NCBI GenBank assembly: GCA_965205505.1
Contig: CBDBHB010000008.1
Span: 1,216,001-1,280,000 of the forward strand
Source: Acidobacteriota bacterium
GTDB lineage: Bacteria; Acidobacteriota; UBA890; WLXD01
Length of the DNA: 64,000 bases
Reading direction: 5' to 3'
In this document: positions 32,275-40,611 of the stretch, in pieces
Layout of the letters: every line of letters starts with the position of its first letter
Position numbering within the stretch: the stretch's first letter is position 1
Program-made: the position numbers and the translations under genes
Notes under the pieces: generated by a model
Database searches by the model: none
What the model saw: only the letters and a program-made list of their open reading frames with translations
Told to the model about the DNA's origin: nothing

Positions 32275-33767
32275 GGGCGCAGTCCACGTGGCACGACCAA
32301 CCGTTCCATGAGATCGAACGCGCCCTGCACGAGCAACGCGAGCACCGCCGCCGGTATTGCCCCTTCGAGAATGAGCGACGTGTCGTTGAGCCGTATGCCG
32401 GCAAGAATCGGTTGACCGTAGCCGCCGGCACCGATCAGCGCGCCGAGGGTCGCGGTGCCGACGTTGATCACCGCGGCGGTCTTTATCCCGGCAAGTATCG
32501 GTCGCGACGCGAGGGGTAGCTCGACCCGCCACAGGCGTGCACGACGAGGTAGCCCGAGGGCGTCGGCCGACTCGAGCAGGCCCTGCGGAATCGACGTCAG
32601 CCCGGTGGCGGTGTTGCGCACGATCGGCAGCAGACTGTAGAGGAACAGCGCCACGATGGCAGGCGGGGCACCGATACCGAGCGGAGGTATCAAGAACACG
32701 AGCAAAGCCAACGAAGGGATCGTCTGCAGGATCCCGGTGGCGCTGAGGACGAACCGACCCAGCCGCGGCCGACGCGACGCGAGCGTCCCGAGAGGCAACG
32801 CCACCAGGATCGCGGCAGTGAGCGAGACAATCACCAAGCCGAGGTGATCCAGAGTGTTGTCCCAAAGCCGATCTCCGAAGCCAGAGGCGACGCGATCGGC
32901 GGTGACCCCGAGTTGGCGCCGCAAAAAGCCCATGGCAACGTCGGTCTCGGGTTGGCGCTCGATCTGCGACGCCGCGTTCATTTCGATCATCGAGGCGGTA
33001 TCGATGCTGCCCTGCAACCGCTCGATTGCACCGACCAGAGCCGGCGACGACTCGAGCTCCGCCCGATAGAGGATGACGGCGCGGTAGTCGGGAAAGTAGT
33101 CGCGGTCGTCGGTCAGGATGCGCAGGTCGTAATGGCGAATCTCGGCGTCGGTGGAGTACAGGTCGGTCACCTCGAGCTCTCCAGCTTCGAGGGCGCGATA
33201 GGCAAGATCGTGGTTGAGGCCGCGCACGTTGCGGTGCGGAAGGGAATAGCGCGCGCGCAGGCCGGGCCAAGCGTCCTGCCGCTGCATGAACCCTTCCGAG
33301 AATCCGAGCTGTAGCTCCGGGTGGCTTGCCAGGTCGCTGATGGTCTCGATACCCAGCGAATCGGCCACCTGCCGCGACATGCCGATCGCGTACGTGTTTG
33401 CGAATCCCAACGGAGCGCTGATCCGCAGTCCCTCGGCGGTTACCGCTTCGCGGAGCGCGGCGAGGTCGGTCGACACCCGGCCGCCGAAGATCTCCTCGCC
33501 GAGCGTGCCCGTGTACTCAACATAGGCGTCGATCTCGTCAGCCAGTAGGGCGCTCCAAAGCACACGGCTACCGCCGAGCTGACGACGGTGTTCGACCCGC
33601 GCCCCGGTAGACACGAACACCCCCGCCATGACCTCACCCAGGATGACGCTCTCGGTGAAGGCCTTCGAGCCTACGACCACCGGAGCCGCAGCTGCCGAAT
33701 CGCCACTCGCGCACGCCGAGCTCAACAACATCAACGTGAGCGCGCCGCGACCGAATCTGGCGCTCAT
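32271..33767 (-). CDS. Osmoprotectant (glycine betaine/choline) ABC transporter, substrate-binding + permease fusion
   Basis: VGSKAFTES, YVEYTGT, GFANTYA, DLYSTD, then QTIPSLAL and an EAA loop. Confidence 0.9.
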   Translation of the reverse strand: MSARFGRGALTLMLLSSACASGDSAAAAPVVVGSKAFTESVILGEVMAGVFVSTGARVEHRRQLGGSRVLWSALLADEIDAYVEYTGTLGEEIFGGRVSTDLAALREAVTAEGLRISAPLGFANTYAIGMSRQVADSLGIETISDLASHPELQLGFSEGFMQRQDAWPGLRARYSLPHRNVRGLNHDLAYRALEAGELEVTDLYSTDAEIRHYDLRILTDDRDYFPDYRAVILYRAELESSPALVGAIERLQGSIDTASMIEMNAASQIERQPETDVAMGFLRRQLGVTADRVASGFGDRLWDNTLDHLGLVIVSLTAAILVALPLGTLASRRPRLGRFVLSATGILQTIPSLALLVFLIPPLGIGAPPAIVALFLYSLLPIVRNTATGLTSIPQGLLESADALGLPRRARLWRVELPLASRPILAGIKTAAVINVGTATLGALIGAGGYGQPILAGIRLNDTSLILEGAIPAAVLALLVQGAFDLMERLVVPRGLRP

Positions 33768-34510
33768 ACACAGTCCTCGACGCTCTGAAGATACCGTTGG
33801 GCGCGCACGAACTGTCGTACGAAGTCGTTTGCCGGGGCCGACATGAGGTCGCTTCCGGCGGCCACCTGCTCGATCTGCCCGGCTCGCATCAAGACGATGC
33901 TGTCGGCAAGGTAGACAGCCTCCGCGAGATCGTGGGTTACCAGCACGACCGTAGTCTCGAGACGACGAAAGATGGCGCGTAGATCCTCTTGTAGGTCTGA
34001 GCGAATCATCGGATCGAGCGACGCCATGGGCTCGTCGAGCAGTAGCACTTCGGGCTCCAGCATGAGCGCCCGCATGAGCGAGATGCGTTGCGCCTGACCG
34101 CCCGAGAGCTCGGCGGGGAAGCGCTCGAGCAGCCCCGGCCTCAAACGAGTGAGCTGTGCCAACTCGTCCAGCCGCTGGTCAATGCGCGCCGACTCCCACC
34201 CGAGGAAGCGGGCCATCAGCGTGATGTTCTCCGCTGCGGTCAGGTGCGGGAACAGGCCGCCGTCCTGGATCACGTAGCCCATCCGACGTCGCAGAGCCTG
34301 CACATTCGACGCGGTCATGCGCTCGCCGTCGAAATAGACCTCACCGGTATCGGGGAACAGGAGCCCGTTCAACAACCGCAGCAAGGTTGACTTGCCGCAC
34401 CCACTGGGTCCGATGAGCGCCGTGATCTGGCCCTGCGGTAATCTCAGCTCAGTTGCGTGCAGCGCGACGGTGCCACCAAAACGCTTGCTTGCGCCCTTCA
34501 GTTCCAGCAT
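33764..34510 (-). CDS. Osmoprotectant ABC transporter ATP-binding protein
   Basis: GPSGCGKST, LSGGQ, LLLDEP, VTHD. Confidence 0.93.
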   Translation of the reverse strand: MLELKGASKRFGGTVALHATELRLPQGQITALIGPSGCGKSTLLRLLNGLLFPDTGEVYFDGERMTASNVQALRRRMGYVIQDGGLFPHLTAAENITLMARFLGWESARIDQRLDELAQLTRLRPGLLERFPAELSGGQAQRISLMRALMLEPEVLLLDEPMASLDPMIRSDLQEDLRAIFRRLETTVVLVTHDLAEAVYLADSIVLMRAGQIEQVAAGSDLMSAPANDFVRQFVRAQRYLQSVEDCV

Positions 34511-34527
34511 CCTCCAGACTCACTAGA

Positions 34528-34662
34528 TCAGTCGTCGCGCACCCAATCGAAACTCGTACAGCATGCGACACAGTAGTACTGCGCCACCATCATGTGGCAA
34601 CCGTAGATCGAGACCGGCTCGGTATCCGCGCTGCCGCAAAAGACACATGCCACCGTCGGCAT
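34528..34662 (-). CDS. PaaD-like stand-alone zinc-ribbon mini-protein
   Basis: CVFCGSADT...YYCVAC..SFDW; adjacent to a paaA-like gene; start uncertain. Confidence 0.6.
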   Translation of the reverse strand: MPTVACVFCGSADTEPVSIYGCHMMVAQYYCVACCTSFDWVRDD

Positions 34663-34745
34663 GGCGGCGCGCGGAACTACCGGCTGGCGGCGGCGTCCGC
34701 TCCTGTTCGGCAACCCGATCAACCTGCCGCTGCGGCCTGCGCCCA

Positions 34746-35267
34746 TTAGTCGGCGATGCCCACTGAACGCGCGTGAGCTCCAGTGATCCTGGCGAAAGAC
34801 TCCGGGTCGAAGGCCGGGACCCCGACGCGCCGGGTGCTCTGATTCCAGCTACTCCAGTCGACCTGGCAATCGACCACCCAGGCGCCGTTCTTGGCAACAC
34901 AAACCTCTACCCACGAATCGAGCGGCACGTCGAGGGCGTACGGGTAACGGAATTCGTGCGGCCGACGCTCGTACATCAGCCAGTCGCGATCGACGCCCAG
35001 CTCCTCGAGCACCCGGTAGGCGATGTGCGCGTGGGCGAGCTCATCCTGGATGATCGCCATCGCCGAGATCATGCTGTTGACCGACGGCGCCTTGCGAGCC
35101 GCGTAGTAGTAGGCGGGCGCGCTCAGCAGCTCTGTATCGCCCGACACGGTGACAATGTGGCGCAGCTCGCGCTGGTACTCCTCGGTCATCTCACTGACCG
35201 ACTCGATCAGGCCGCCTTCCTGAACCGTCTGTCGAAGAAGCGCATCGGCGCGCGTGCTCAAAGACAT
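34746..35267 (-). pseudogene. PaaA/PaaC-like diiron oxygenase subunit, internally deleted
   Basis: GDTEL, APS, QDELAHA (first ExxH), PLDSWVE, then an abrupt switch to a C-terminal-like tail; second ExxH half is missing. Confidence 0.65.
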
Positions 35268-35313
35268 CTCCGGCCGAGGGTATGGGGTAGCCGAGGAAGC
35301 GCTGAAATAGCCC

Positions 35314-35591
35314 CTAGTGGCCTGTAACAGATGATCGTTGCATATCGCAGATGGGATTTACGGGTGAGATCAAGGCGCGGCGAGGAAGGCGATGCAATGG
35401 GCATCGTCGACGAGGCGCAACGCCGATATCGCCCGCAACTGCCCATCTGTCCGCAGGATGGCGGCGAAATCGGCCCGTCTGCGGCGTTGCTCCTCCTCCA
35501 AGATGGGCAAACATCGTCTCGTCGTCGCGCCTGGCATCCGGACCCATTTCGCCACCACGATATGCAACGATCATCTGTTACAAGCCCCTAG
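35314..35591. mobile_element. Complete 278-bp MITE-like element, family A
   Basis: 34-bp TIR CTAGTGGCCTGTAACAGATGATCGTTGCATATCG with 2 mismatches (35314-35347 and 35558-35591); partial copies at 7635 and 50762. Confidence 0.85.
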
Positions 35592-35686
35592 AACCTACCT
35601 TAGAGGGCACCGCAGAGGCGGGCAAGCTGTATGGGGGCCACGGCGATACGCCACCGGCCGCGTGGTCCTGCCGAGCTAGCCGCGCC

Positions 35687-35905
35687 TCAGCGAGCCGCCT
35701 TGTGACGCGTTGGCGACGGTCCCGTTGCTCCCTGACGCAGACGCTCTTCGAGCCGCATCCCGCACGTTTCGCAGACGAGGCAATGCGCCAGAATAGCCAC
35801 TGCGTGGCCACTGGCCAACGTCCCGCGCACGTAGTGTCGGAGCTCGATCTCGGCCGGGTGTATTTCGCTCCTGGCAGTGCCGGGGCTGCCTCGGGTGCTC
35901 GTCAA
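35687..35905 (-). CDS. Stand-alone zinc-finger anti-sigma (zf-HC2/ZAS) mini-protein
   Basis: IHP..ELRHYVRGTL.......ILAHCLVCETC; ATGA-coupled to the upstream paralog. Confidence 0.72.
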   Translation of the reverse strand: MTSTRGSPGTARSEIHPAEIELRHYVRGTLASGHAVAILAHCLVCETCGMRLEERLRQGATGPSPTRHKAAR

Positions 35906-36126
35906 TGCGTCGCTCTTGAAATTGCGTACGCCTCACCAAGACCAAGACGGACGCTAGACCCGCCCTGGCCAGCGGCCGCTCGCAACCACAAGAGCCCACG
36001 AGCCTGATTGCCGCAGGTGTCGCAAACGAGGCAGTGGCAATGCAATCGGTGCGCTTCATCAGGGGCGAGCGCCCCGTTGACAAAGTCCACGATCTCCAAT
36101 GCATCGGGATGGATCGTGCGATTCAT
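35902..36126 (-). CDS. Stand-alone zinc-finger anti-sigma (zf-HC2/ZAS) mini-protein
   Basis: IHPDALEIVDFVNGAL.......LHCHCLVCDTC. Confidence 0.75.
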   Translation of the reverse strand: MNRTIHPDALEIVDFVNGALAPDEAHRLHCHCLVCDTCGNQARGLLWLRAAAGQGGSSVRLGLGEAYAISRATH

Positions 36127-36159
36127 TGATGATGCCCTGTCGATCCAGGAGCTCGTTCA

Positions 36160-36855
36160 CTACGCTGTCTCGGACCCGGGATCGCGTGCGAAGCCGAACG
36201 GCGACTCCGCACGCGAGTGGGTCCCCATGCGCCGTGCCCTATGGCCGGTCCAGCGCAGCGTCGGTCGTGAGCATCGCTGAGCTAGCGCCCGGGGGGTCAT
36301 CGCAGAGCGAGCCCATGTGTGCACGACGGCCTGATCGGCGATGTTCAATACACCGCTCCAAGCGGCAATGCCGCGGGTCACCGGATCGATGCCCAGGGTG
36401 CTCGGGTACCCGGACAACCCGAGGAGCGGCAGCACCGCCGGATCGACCAGCCGCACCGGCAGGTCGAGCTCGTGCATTGCGAGGAAGTCCCGCGTCTCGC
36501 GGGCCGCGCTGACCGACAGCACATAGATCTCCGGCGCTCGCGGACCGAGCTCGTCGATCCGTGCTGCCAGGCTCCGCCATTCCGACATGTTCTGCTCGCA
36601 GAACGGGCAGGTCGTGCTCAGCACGAACAGCATCAGCGGCGCCTCGCGGCCGCTTACCTGGAGCACCGCATCGACCCCGCCGAGCGTCCGGGCGGGAATG
36701 TCGACCGGCGCGGTAACCGGACCCGCGCTGCCCGACGACTCCGCATGCGTCACGTAGTTGTGCTGCACCAGCTGGCCTAGCCAGGCGGTCCCGGCAATCA
36801 GCGCCAGGATGGTGGTCACCTCAGCGATCTTGGCGAGTCGGGGCATCGACGTCAT
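36160..36855 (-). CDS. Membrane-anchored thioredoxin-like (TlpA/redoxin) protein
   Basis: N-terminal TM helix, LFVLSTTCPFC, cis-Pro GYPST; start may be ATG 36846; last ~40 aa may be read-through from an indel in the G6 run at 36291-36296. Confidence 0.8.
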   Translation of the reverse strand: MTSMPRLAKIAEVTTILALIAGTAWLGQLVQHNYVTHAESSGSAGPVTAPVDIPARTLGGVDAVLQVSGREAPLMLFVLSTTCPFCEQNMSEWRSLAARIDELGPRAPEIYVLSVSAARETRDFLAMHELDLPVRLVDPAVLPLLGLSGYPSTLGIDPVTRGIAAWSGVLNIADQAVVHTWARSAMTPRALAQRCSRPTLRWTGHRARRMGTHSRAESPFGFARDPGSETA

Positions 36856-36858
36856 CTC

Positions 36859-37086
36859 CTAGAGCAATGCGCAGGTGCTCGAGCCGCCGCCGCCCTCCTC
36901 ACATCTCCAAAAGCACTTGCAGCCCCATTGGTGGTACACGGCGCAATCCTCACAGTTGGCAGCGCACTCGTCGGCACATGGGCCATGCAGGGCCTCGGCT
37001 TGCGAGGCCTGAAACGACAGGCCGAACGTCAAGAGAATGGCCCAGCTAATGAGCAGGACCTTTTTCCAGTTGATCGAACGTTGTAC
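36859..37086 (-). CDS. Secreted cysteine-rich peptide (signal peptide + 43-aa 8-Cys core)
   Basis: Basic N-region, hydrophobic core, AEA cleavage site, mature LHGPCADECAANCEDCAVYHQWGCKCFWRCEEGGGGSSTCALL; strong SD AAAGGAGG at 37093-37100. Confidence 0.78.
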   Translation of the reverse strand, partial: VQRSINWKKVLLISWAILLTFGLSFQASQAEALHGPCADECAANCEDCAVYHQWGCKCFWRCEEGGGGSSTCALL

Positions 37087-37130
37087 GGTGTTCCTCCTTT
37101 GCCAGGTGGCGGGTACCTGCTCAGACAAGG

Positions 37131-37146
37131 AGCAAGGCGAATGCCG
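37131..37146 (-). promoter_or_regulatory. Putative sigma54 -24/-12 promoter of the peptide operon
   Basis: CGGCAT-TCGCC-TTGCT has exact GG-N10-GC spacing and sits about 30 nt upstream of the SD; a GAFTGA activator gene lies 1.8 kb away. Confidence 0.68.
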
Positions 37147-37306
37147 AACCGCGCCACGGCCGGGCAGGAGGAGACAAACCCCGACTTACAAACAACTTAC
37201 GGAAAGGTCTCGGGCCGCTGGCCGGCTCCGCCTCAACCGTGAAATAAGGGCGGGCGGCTATCCAGCGTGGCTCAGGCGCTGGCCGGCGGGCAGCCGGCCG
37301 GGGCGG

Positions 37307-38152
37307 CTAATGCAGCTCGAGTAGAAGCTGTTTGACAGCTTCCTGCAGTCGATCCGGATCGGATCCCGGATCCGGCACGATTCGGCGAAGCAACTCGCGC
37401 GCCGTGTGGTCATGGCCAGCCTGCAGGTAGAGTCGCGCTAGGTAGTAGGCGGCCGCGTGCCCGTTGGAACTATCGGTGAGCTCGAGATCGTCCAGTACCG
37501 TCACATGAGCCTCCAGCGCCTGACGTGCCGCCGGTAGGTCGCTCCCGTCGAAGAACAACGCCAAGCCGAGCAGAGGCGTTCCGAGGGGATGATAGGAGCT
37601 GGCGAACCCACCCAGGGCTCGCGCCGCGTCGCCGTACTCACCATCGGCCAGGGCACGAACGCCCGCCTGCAGGGCAGTGATCACCTCCGCAGCGCCTACG
37701 TTGACATTCGTAGCGGGATTCTCAGCGCCGACGATCATGCTGCCGAGATCGGCGACCTTCTCGATGATGCCAATGTCGGCCAGCGTAATCTCGGTGAAGA
37801 CTCGCACGCCAGTTGGCGAACCACTCGCTCCGTCCGGCGACGCGGCCACTATCGCCTCGACATCGATCGGGCCCCGCGTCGCCGGTGCAGCGCCGCGCCC
37901 CGCAACCCAGGCCGCCGCGCCGACAAGCACGATCACCGCCGCGGCGGCGGCGGCGATCGATCGACGAGCGTACCAGGGTACGGACGATCGCAGCGGAGCG
38001 GCGCCGCGTAGGAGAATGATGGCGGCCAACTGATCGCCGCAATCGCGGCAGGCGAAGCAATGTTTCCGCACTTCCTCGGCGCGCTCTTCGCTCAGACAAC
38101 CACGAACGTAGGTCACCATGTCCAGCGGATCCGCGTGCACAACCAACGTCAT
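37307..38152 (-). CDS. Membrane-bound ZAS anti-sigma factor with extracytoplasmic TPR-like helical domain
   Basis: H..LDMVTYVRGCL......VRKHCFACRDC, one TM helix, AAAYYLARLYLQAG; ATGA overlap with the sigma gene. Confidence 0.8.
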   Translation of the reverse strand: MTLVVHADPLDMVTYVRGCLSEERAEEVRKHCFACRDCGDQLAAIILLRGAAPLRSSVPWYARRSIAAAAAAVIVLVGAAAWVAGRGAAPATRGPIDVEAIVAASPDGASGSPTGVRVFTEITLADIGIIEKVADLGSMIVGAENPATNVNVGAAEVITALQAGVRALADGEYGDAARALGGFASSYHPLGTPLLGLALFFDGSDLPAARQALEAHVTVLDDLELTDSSNGHAAAYYLARLYLQAGHDHTARELLRRIVPDPGSDPDRLQEAVKQLLLELH

Positions 38153-38709
38153 ATCTCCCAGTCCTCGCCGGATTCCGATTCCATGCGACGCCCGACCTGC
38201 AGCAATGCTGCTTGTAGCCGACTGTGCACCGTGCTGATCGGAGCTGCTTGGATCGCCGCTACCTCGCCCAGCTTCATCGGCGGGTCACGCAATACCAACA
38301 ACTCGAGCACCTCGCGGTGAACCGGCGCCAGGTCGCCTATCAGTCGCAGCGCCACCTCGACAAGATGCCGCCGGGTGCGAGATTTCTCCTCACGGAGCAA
38401 CATGCGCAATGGATCGGAGGAGATTTCCTCGCCCGGCACCGGCGGCGGTACTTCGTCGAGCGGTAGCAGCCGCCGCCGTTGCTGGAACATCTGCAGAGCC
38501 GCCGTACGAACCGCAGTAAGCACGTAGTTGTGCGCGTCTTGTTCGCTGCCGAACTTCGGCCGCGCGCGAACCGTGCGAGCTACGGCTTCCTGAACTACCT
38601 CCTCGGCGTCCGTCACATTACCCATGAGGGACAACGCGTACCCTCTCCAACGCTGAAACCGGGAGAACCACGCTTTTTCGATGTAGCCGTAGGAAGCTGG
38701 TTGAGACAC
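38149..38709 (-). CDS. ECF sigma factor
   Basis: DAEEVVQEA (region 2), HREVLELLV...EVAAIQAAPISTVHSRLQAA (region 4); GTG 38709 follows AGGAGG. Confidence 0.87.
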   Translation of the reverse strand: MSQPASYGYIEKAWFSRFQRWRGYALSLMGNVTDAEEVVQEAVARTVRARPKFGSEQDAHNYVLTAVRTAALQMFQQRRRLLPLDEVPPPVPGEEISSDPLRMLLREEKSRTRRHLVEVALRLIGDLAPVHREVLELLVLRDPPMKLGEVAAIQAAPISTVHSRLQAALLQVGRRMESESGEDWEI

Positions 38710-38924
38710 AGGCTTGCAATCCTCCTGGCACTCGCCGGCACCGGCAAGGTGACCATCCTGGTATGGCAGTCGCAACGGCGTCAATGGGTGAGTCGGAAAA
38801 CCGCGGACGCTCGAGGGCCGTTGCAAAAAACTTCCACAACTACGGGACCCGACAGCGGTACACCTGGTGATTCGACGGGCTCCGCCAGGTACGATCCGTA
38901 CGGGGGCAGAACTTCGGACGGCTA

Positions 38925-39932
38925 GTGCGACGTACCACAGGTCACCCTCGGCCGGCTCGGCGCAGCGACATTCGCTTGCTCGGTGGCAGCGATACGATGT
39001 GTCAGGTCCGCGATCAAATCGAGGTCGCTGCCCGATATACGGAGCCGGCGCTCGTGCTTGGTGAGACGGGCGTTGGCAAGGAGCTGGTGGCGCGGCAAAT
39101 TCACAGTCACAGCTCGAGATCGCGTGCCCAGCTCGAGATCGTGAATTGCGCCGGGCTAAGCCCGGATTTACTCGCCTCTGAGCTGTTCGGTCACCGCCGG
39201 GGCGCCTTCACCGGCGCGGATCACGACCGCGCCGGCCGCATCAGGGCCGCCGATGGCTCGACCCTGATCCTGGATGAAATCAGCGAAGCGCCCCGGTCGC
39301 TCCAGGCCACCGTGTTGCGTGCGGTGGAATACGGCGAGGTCCAGCCAGTCGGATCCGATTCCGTCTTCCAAGTCGACGTACGATTCGTGGCCACCAGCAA
39401 CAAGACACTGCACGAGCTCAGCCAGGGCAGCGCTTTCCGCATCGACTTGTTGCACCGTCTCGCTGCCTTCGTCATCCGCATCCCGCCGTTGGCCGAACGA
39501 CTGGAGGACCTGGAAGAGATCGCAACCGCGTACCTCGCAACGCTCGCCGCTCAGTATGGGTGCTTACGCCACCTAAGCCCCGGACGGCTAGCACTTCTTG
39601 GCGACCAGGCCTTTCCCGGAAACGTACGCGAGCTACGCCAGATCCTTCTCCGCGCCTATGCAGCTTCGCGCGATGAGGTCATCGCCCCCGCCGCGGTCGC
39701 GGCGGCGATCTTGCCCATTGACCGGCAGCCGACCGCCGCCATGTCCGACACCACACCGACTTCGCTCGCACTCGAGCAGGTGGTACGGCGACATATCCGC
39801 CAGGCGATCGCTATGGCGGACGGCAACCTGAGCCAGGCCGCGCGCTTGCTCGAGATTCCGCGCAGCACGCTGCAGCACTACCTGATCAAGTACCGGATAC
39901 AACCGCCAGCTCGCGGACGCGCCGCCCGCTAG
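38925..39932 (+). CDS. Sigma54-dependent enhancer-binding protein lacking an N-terminal sensory domain
   Basis: GETGVGKE, SELFGHRRGAFTGA, LILDEI, FPGNVRELR, Fis-type HTH GNLSQAARLLEIPRSTL. Confidence 0.9.
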   Translation: MRRTTGHPRPARRSDIRLLGGSDTMCQVRDQIEVAARYTEPALVLGETGVGKELVARQIHSHSSRSRAQLEIVNCAGLSPDLLASELFGHRRGAFTGADHDRAGRIRAADGSTLILDEISEAPRSLQATVLRAVEYGEVQPVGSDSVFQVDVRFVATSNKTLHELSQGSAFRIDLLHRLAAFVIRIPPLAERLEDLEEIATAYLATLAAQYGCLRHLSPGRLALLGDQAFPGNVRELRQILLRAYAASRDEVIAPAAVAAAILPIDRQPTAAMSDTTPTSLALEQVVRRHIRQAIAMADGNLSQAARLLEIPRSTLQHYLIKYRIQPPARGRAAR

Positions 39933-39962
39933 CAGGCCGGGTGGAAGTGCGGCGGGCCAGGG
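39929..39962 (+). repeat. Degenerate left end of family B element
   Basis: CTAGCAGGCCGGGTGGAAGTGCGGCGGGCCAGG; contains the activator's TAG stop. Confidence 0.7.
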
Positions 39963-40104
39963 GCGTTCGCCTCGCCGGCGAAGGGATCCATCAAGAGGAT
40001 CTCGGAAAAACCGCAGCACCGAGCTTCCTCCTAGCGAGAACCGTTTCTTACACGGGTGGTCCTCTGTCGAGCGAAGCATCCAAACTGCAACGAGCGGAGC
40101 AATC

Positions 40105-40600
40105 ATGCAGGCCTCGTCAGAGGGTGTACGACCGTCGGGACGCGAGGTGGCAGAGCTTGCGCGTGCACATATAGAGTGCCACTACGCATCGGCTGTCGGA
40201 TGTGGCACCACCAGCATCGCGACGCTACTGGGAGTCTCCTCATCGCTGCTGTGTCACCGATATCGCGCTACCTACGGGGTGACGATCGGTCAGCACGTCC
40301 GTAGGCTGCGCATCGGCAAGGCGCGTAGGCGAGCTCAGCTCGCGACCCCGTCAGCTGATCAAGGAAGTCGCAGCAGACGTGGGCTACTGTCGGCAGTCAT
40401 ACCGCACATTCCTCAACGCCTTCCGGGCCGAAACCGGTATGCCACCGAGCCGTTACCAGCGCCAGGTGCTCGCCCCGATTCAGGCCACACCGATCAAGGT
40501 AAAGGTGCCGCACCGGCGCCCGGATCAAGCTCGCCGTCGCAAGTCTGATGCGCTGCCCCAGACAGGCACCGACGTCTCGGTTCAGGCAGGAACGACCTGA
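40105..40600 (+). pseudogene. AraC-family DNA-binding-domain-only regulator, frameshifted near 40325-40345
   Basis: First HTH (IATLLGVSSSLLCHRYRATYGVT) in one frame; second HTH (LIKEVAADVGY..FLNAFRAETGMPPSRY) in another. Confidence 0.72.
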
Positions 40601-40611
40601 CGGAAGGCCCG

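Noticed and set aside
31951-33270. 439-aa Arg-rich ORF and similar Arg/Pro-rich alternative-frame ORFs throughout
   Set aside because: Off-frame products of GC-rich coding sequence overlapping well-supported genes.
36859-37086. Ranthipeptide, lanthipeptide or MNIO-type RiPP precursor
   Set aside because: No radical SAM, LanM/LanB, YcaO or DUF692 gene in the window; Sec signal plus thioredoxin favours disulfide folding. Modification in trans is not excluded.
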